DNA from: Squalus acanthias
Lineage: Eukaryota
Reading direction: 5' to 3'
Assembly (NCBI GenBank): GCA_030390025.1
Contig: CM059432.1
Span: 19,532,001-19,596,000, forward strand
Length of the DNA: 64,000 bases
Positions 63,524-64,000 of this stretch are shown here, piece by piece. The notes beneath the pieces are model-generated. The model made no database searches, had not been told where the DNA came from, and saw nothing but the letters and a program-made list of their open reading frames with translations. Numbering within the stretch: the stretch's first letter is position 1; the number at the start of each line of letters is the position of its first letter. The position numbers and the translations under genes were made by a program.

Positions 63524-64000
63524 GGGGGAGAAATTCAGTATCGCCCCGTTTGGGGCGCGATTATCGGCCGGGCGCAAAGTTTAGCGCCTGGCGCTAATTA
63601 TCGCCTCCAACTAAAAACTTGGCTTTTATCGTCCCTGGAGGTGATTGGAGCTCTAAATCAGGTGCTGCACACCTGTCTTAAGACGCAAAGGCCGAGGAGC
63701 GAGGCGCTAACTCAGAGCGCTGGCGAAGCTCATGTGATGTCAGTCAGCAATGGAACACAGACACAATGGCACGGGCCAGTTCTTAAAGGGGAGGGTCGAT
63801 CTTGCTCTCCATCCACATCCTGCTCATTGCAGCCTTGAATCTAGGCCTGGAGAGACCTGTACATCAAATCTGTTGGAAAGAACAATGGAGAGGCCCAGGG
63901 AAAGAATTCAGAGTGCAGCCCCCATAATCTCTTCTAAATCGATGCAAGGAAGATCAAATCAAAAAGAACCTGCAAAGTGCTGCTCAGTACCCAAAACTCC
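63524..64000. mobile_element. Harbinger-type MITE (family of 12102-12994), cut by the window end
   Basis: Starts GGGGGAGAAATT. Reverse-complement homology to 12520-12994. Confidence 0.85.

Overview
Repeat-saturated vertebrate DNA with no recognisable host gene. It is most likely from a cartilaginous fish (shark), inferred from the Deu-domain/SacSINE1-type SINEs and the CR1, L2 and Penelope families present. The window holds: (1) several PIF/Harbinger elements carrying a spliced three-exon Myb/SANT-like DNA-binding gene facing a HARBI1-like nuclease gene, which in three copies is internally deleted at an apparently shared junction, plus Harbinger-type MITEs with 3-bp TSDs; (2) three Penelope-like insertions with 12-13-bp TSDs, inverted ends and minimal hammerhead ribozymes showing compensatory base changes, one being a perfect 204-bp palindrome; (3) two related ~1.3-1.4-kb solo LTRs (TG...CA, 4-bp TSD); (4) a near full-length CR1 LINE with a 95-bp tandem-monomer 5' UTR inside a six-layer nest (SINE > MITE > SINE > CR1 > LTR > MITE) at about 7.0-15.5 kb; (5) many 5'-truncated CR1, L2 and SINE fragments. 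All coding remnants carry stops, frameshifts or truncations. Boundaries without a stated TSD are approximate, and family names come from motif recognition, not database searches.
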